Assembly (NCBI GenBank): GCA_022790685.1
Contig: JAAVXQ010000039.1
Location: forward strand, 1-42,363
Length of the DNA: 42,363 bases
From: Clostridia bacterium
Lineage (GTDB): Bacteria; Bacillota; Clostridia; TANB77; CAG-508
Reading direction: 5' to 3'
Of the stretch, positions 39,501 to 42,363 are shown piece by piece. A program made the translations under genes and the position numbers. Below the pieces are notes generated by a model. That model saw only the letters and a program-made list of their open reading frames with translations, was not told the origin of the DNA and made no database searches. Within the stretch, counting starts at the first letter, position 1; each line of letters opens with the position of its first letter.

Positions 39501-42363
39501 ACTAAATGATAAAATTGAAAATATAAACAGAGAAATAATCCTAAATCATACAGATAAAGACGATACAAGTGATTGGTATAAATTAAATGATTATGACATA
39601 GATATTGACAAATATATAAGTGCATATAATGGTTCTATGATGAAAGAAAACAATAGAATAGGATTCACAGAAAATGAAACATCAACAATAGATGATAAAG
39701 GATTTACAAATACTGGAGCAACAAATCAAGCAGATAGAGAAGATTTAGACAGAGTTGATTTGACAGATGCATACAAAAAAGATTATCCAGTAGAAGTTGA
39801 AAAAACAGAAGAAGTTATTTACTCTATAAAATTAGAAAATCATAAAACCAAATTAGGAAGTCAAGATGCAGTAGCAACAGGTTCACAACCAGGCACACAA
39901 GTTAGACCAACAAAGATAACTGATACTTTACAAACAGGTTTAGAGTTCCAAGAAGTAAAAGGCGTAAAATATGAAGCTGATGGAACTAAAGTAGCAGATG
40001 TACAAGTAACAGCAACACCAATAGGAAATAATACATATGAATTTACAATAGGAAATGGAAACGAAACAATATTAGATCCTGGACAATTTATGGTTTACTA
40101 TGTAAGAGTTAAAATAACAGAAAGCAATATGTATTTATTAACACTAGAAAATTCAGCAGTTATAACAACACTAACAAATATAAATCATAATCCAGATATA
40201 GAGGAAAGAATTGTAAAAGACCCAGATAATCCAAATATTGATGAGAATATCTCTCCTCAAAAAGAATCAAAAGAATATGTAAAACTAAAAGAGTTAATAA
40301 TGGCAGGTAAAGTATTCTTAGATGCAGATAAAAATGGATATATGGAAACAGAAAATGATAAAAACAGATTTAATAATATAACAGTTAAATTGTATAGAAG
40401 AGATGGAGATGGAACAGCAAAACAAGTAGGAGAGAAAAAGACAGGAACTAATAAATTAGGAGAAAACGGTTTCTATACATTTGAAAGAGTTGACAAAGCA
40501 GATGATAAACAACATGCAACAAAAGTTAATGACTACTATGAAAAAGATGGCGTATATACAGCAAACAGTAAACTTTATGAATATTATATAGAATTTGAAT
40601 ATGATGGTGTAGCATATAAAGCAACAGAAGTATATGGAGGAAGAACAGAAGATGTTAATCCAAACTTTGGAGATAATAATATAACAGAAAAATGGCTTCC
40701 AACAGACCCTGATGCAGAAAAATATATCACAGATTCAAATGCATATGAATTTACAGATATAAGAGATGCATTTAATAGAAATTATGAGACAATAGGATAT
40801 AACAAGGCATATAAATCAGGAGAAGATACAAATAATAAGACTGAAACTGCAGCTCTAACATACACAAAGAAAGGCCATACATCACTATTAGATGTTGTTG
40901 AAGCTCCAAATGCACAAAATCATCCAGAAAGAGTAATGACATCAAGAACCTTTATAAAGAAAGAAGTTGTACCAGTAGATGGAGAACCATCAAGCTTTAA
41001 AGATAAAGGAATAGAACAAGACCTAGGATATCCTGGAAGTTTAGGCTATGGTAAAAATTTAGGAAATACAAAAACTTTATGGCTATATAAACAAGGAGCA
41101 GACTATAAATTACCAGAAACAGAATATTTAAAATATATGAACTTAGGTTTAGTTGAAAGAGAAGATGTTAATATATCACTTGTAAAAGATGTATACTCAG
41201 TAACAACAACAGTAAATGGTGAGCAGATAACATATGACTATAATAAAAACGGTGTAAAGAATAATGAAATATTAATAAAAGGAAATGCACCTGTAACATC
41301 AGAAGAAGCACAAGGAGCGACAGGAACAGAATTTAATGAATCAAATGGAAAATATATTGACAATCAAAAATATGGCTTAGAATTATATGAATCAGATTAT
41401 TACTATAGAGTTGAGCAATATGAGCATCAAGCAGTAAGAGATTATAAAACAATATACAGTGAACTTAATATTGAAGTAACATTTAGAATTACAATAACAA
41501 ATGAAGAAATTATACAAGATGAATTAAACATGAGAGATGTTGATAGAGAAGTTATTGTAACTATAGATGAAATTGCAGATTACTATGATGAAAACTTTGT
41601 TGAATATACAGATAACATTGAATCAGCATACAAAGCAAAACTTGGAACACCAAATGAAGATTCAGATTATAAATATATGACACAAGAAGAGGCTGATACT
41701 TTAGATGATTCTGTAGCAGTTAAAATAAAAGTAAAAGTACCGGATGAGGAAAATATTGCAAGAGATCCAGGTTCAACAAAATTAATAGACAGAAAGCTAG
41801 AAGTTGTAAAAGCATGGTACTATAAAGATGGAACAACAAATCCAACAGGATTAATTGTAACAAATAAATCAAACTATAATCCAGAACGTGTAAGTAAAAA
41901 TGGAGAGGCAGATGGATATAGAAAACTATATATTAGAGGCTTTAATAAAGTTCAACTACATGAAGGAGAAAGCATAGATTTATATGTAAAATATATAGTG
42001 GATAAAGAAGCAGCTGGAAATATTTTAAGTATGACATCAGGTGATTCAAGAAACTTAAAAATAGCAGAAAGATTAACAAAAGGTGAATTTGGTAGAGGAC
42101 AAGAAGGAATTGCAGAAATAAGTGCATACTCTACTTGGTATCAAGAATATGATACAACAAAGAGTCCAGCAACAAATAAAGGAAATGAACTAAAACCAGC
42201 AGGACTTGTTGACAGAAATTCAAATCCAGATAACTTAGGGGATGACAATTCAGGAGCAGAGGTATCTGTAGACGAAATAGGATTCTATGAAGATGATACA
42301 TATAAAACAGGTATAGAAATGACAGTTCCTAAACCAGAAAATCCACCAAATAAACCAAATCCA
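36598..42363 (+). CDS. Second giant secreted protein (at least 1922 aa, 3' end outside the window): thioester-domain adhesin-like head, Cys/His-rich module, three ~180-aa repeat modules and an SdrD-B-like domain
   Basis: Not in the ORF track. GGGGG SD lies 7 nt before ATG 36598. I read every codon to 42363 without a stop. Signal peptide MKQKLMKKILILTMTLISVVGIGYTIKTLA. The motifs are detailed in the findings. Confidence 0.85.
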   Translation, partial: MKQKLMKKILILTMTLISVVGIGYTIKTLATVQIGVFNAGYNEAVVGEPIKMTITQEYSHLREPDKNIVPNPIRSFPVNKNVFNTSQDYFCIQHGVPYAIAANGQQSKGTAGQYLSDSGIQYISGEGLRNGKLDNYNNPDGIGYGNYHTGAFDISSDIKINEDPSLSYDSRTANTTALTNKGFQGYREDEPAETPVDTVYSNYVYKTKKFEFGCIEKSGDHCERKVEVPETFNSTQGDEGFDEGLAFLLARYKITPRGSYSNDPLQHAVWATLGQYSGGEAYIKDYVLKEARESFDKYHKEATEKMVDVIPSDDVGTVLSNGNYVVGPFKMNDYIRAEDYNYTVGGSIHSSYLPGDEGEDDETIDIDMPKTQENLQKIFYRTDSNNPTSITEKKELYGGILRAWVVFNDGSIYEFAKWEDKNVPAPGKEFKIEIPTSAVNDGADEIIDIVFEYQIIHAYGEGETYIGRQIRVSWNKKQDTSGGCTEYKTNYPGETGLCSYHGVNAGPFTSTTGGWQDTTHNHIHDCDDFYHGHGCAGGHYSSSCHACNCTGHGTGPDKTYCSCSGHKKAGCHCSCPGHTCSHTKNMLFLCDHKHVKCQMFDWQANNISYDACQDGATLQGKLSNEIVEYSIKVNVPLKTDMSIYKYISKVEHNDIAEHKTCNHTYNGGTERRDWEIAVKEADPVKVERGDIVTYTIELVNNSKFPTEVLVQDTLPDDILDEDRSDIRIRWHYETVANDWITIQPYSTETFEVTVVVDSMSGKYVNSVEFVSTNDKEPHMRYEHWGDGATHGPHEHGWIVNINNKIQDEDWYEVKEYKVNIDKYISDVEHTEVKSSYDSTMPESDARSKFNMSESDKQKAPVYVEYGDIVTYTIKIYNTTNKYDSSFDRTKAPHWEPEVVYVDIEDTLPVNCILQSIDVDDTYTQREATNEHVYLDDVRVEEDAVTTITIKVMVNDVKRTTVRENNVIILNDKIENINREIILNHTDKDDTSDWYKLNDYDIDIDKYISAYNGSMMKENNRIGFTENETSTIDDKGFTNTGATNQADREDLDRVDLTDAYKKDYPVEVEKTEEVIYSIKLENHKTKLGSQDAVATGSQPGTQVRPTKITDTLQTGLEFQEVKGVKYEADGTKVADVQVTATPIGNNTYEFTIGNGNETILDPGQFMVYYVRVKITESNMYLLTLENSAVITTLTNINHNPDIEERIVKDPDNPNIDENISPQKESKEYVKLKELIMAGKVFLDADKNGYMETENDKNRFNNITVKLYRRDGDGTAKQVGEKKTGTNKLGENGFYTFERVDKADDKQHATKVNDYYEKDGVYTANSKLYEYYIEFEYDGVAYKATEVYGGRTEDVNPNFGDNNITEKWLPTDPDAEKYITDSNAYEFTDIRDAFNRNYETIGYNKAYKSGEDTNNKTETAALTYTKKGHTSLLDVVEAPNAQNHPERVMTSRTFIKKEVVPVDGEPSSFKDKGIEQDLGYPGSLGYGKNLGNTKTLWLYKQGADYKLPETEYLKYMNLGLVEREDVNISLVKDVYSVTTTVNGEQITYDYNKNGVKNNEILIKGNAPVTSEEAQGATGTEFNESNGKYIDNQKYGLELYESDYYYRVEQYEHQAVRDYKTIYSELNIEVTFRITITNEEIIQDELNMRDVDREVIVTIDEIADYYDENFVEYTDNIESAYKAKLGTPNEDSDYKYMTQEEADTLDDSVAVKIKVKVPDEENIARDPGSTKLIDRKLEVVKAWYYKDGTTNPTGLIVTNKSNYNPERVSKNGEADGYRKLYIRGFNKVQLHEGESIDLYVKYIVDKEAAGNILSMTSGDSRNLKIAERLTKGEFGRGQEGIAEISAYSTWYQEYDTTKSPATNKGNELKPAGLVDRNSNPDNLGDDNSGAEVSVDEIGFYEDDTYKTGIEMTVPKPENPPNKPNP
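36850..37410 (+). other. Putative Cys-Gln thioester domain (TED/TQXA-like) of the second giant protein
   Basis: DYFCIQHG (Cys91, TGT 36868-36870) and DPLQHAVWATLG (Gln266, CAA 37393-37395) fit the two conserved TED motifs with appropriate spacing. Confidence 0.6.
38047..38433 (+). other. Cys/His-rich module: 16 Cys and 15 His in 129 residues
   Basis: Counted codon by codon. It includes three C-x-C-x-G-H motifs (CNCTGH, CSCSGH, CSCPGH). Confidence 0.9.
40300..40755 (+). other. SdrD-B-like domain in the second giant protein
   Basis: AGKVFLDADKNGYMETENDKNRFNNITVKLYRRDGDG...GENGFYTFERV...YYIEFEYDGVAYKATEVY...TDSNAYEF. Confidence 0.6.

Overview
All homology calls below come from motifs I recognise by eye; no database search was run. 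The window is a very AT-rich chromosomal segment (hand counts of about 10-30% GC per 60-nt line) from an endospore-forming, Clostridia-like Firmicute, as shown by spoIIR, spmA/spmB, a GerMN protein and CotF-like genes. Positions 1-29.8 kb are mostly housekeeping. They hold six tRNAs plus one decayed tRNA copy, a hemolysin-III protein, rsmI, murA, an SDR reductase, a LexA-like repressor, a VanW/G5 protein, a CpsB phosphatase with a fused Wzz/BY-kinase, coat proteins, an M23 peptidase, mecA, and radC-mreBCD-PBP2-minC. Positions 30.5-42.4 kb hold the most unusual content: two tandem giant secreted-protein genes. The first is the 1931-aa ORF at 30790-36585. The second starts at 36598 and is absent from the supplied ORF track because it runs off the window. 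I read it codon by codon and found 1922 codons with no stop. It carries an N-terminal Cys-Gln thioester-domain signature, a 129-residue module with 16 Cys and 15 His, three tandem modules of about 180 aa, and an SdrD-B-like domain. Other notable points:
- a single-frame fusion of a UDP-sugar pyrophosphorylase with a phosphohexomutase;
- a 0.56-kb islet of about 50% GC, flanked by imperfect direct repeats, next to a tRNA cluster;
- a tandem tRNA-Lys duplication with one decayed copy;
- three near-consensus DnaA boxes in the leader of the giant-gene locus;
- four apparent +1 frameshifts (spmA, the M23 peptidase, mreB and a small ORF), which may be sequencing errors.
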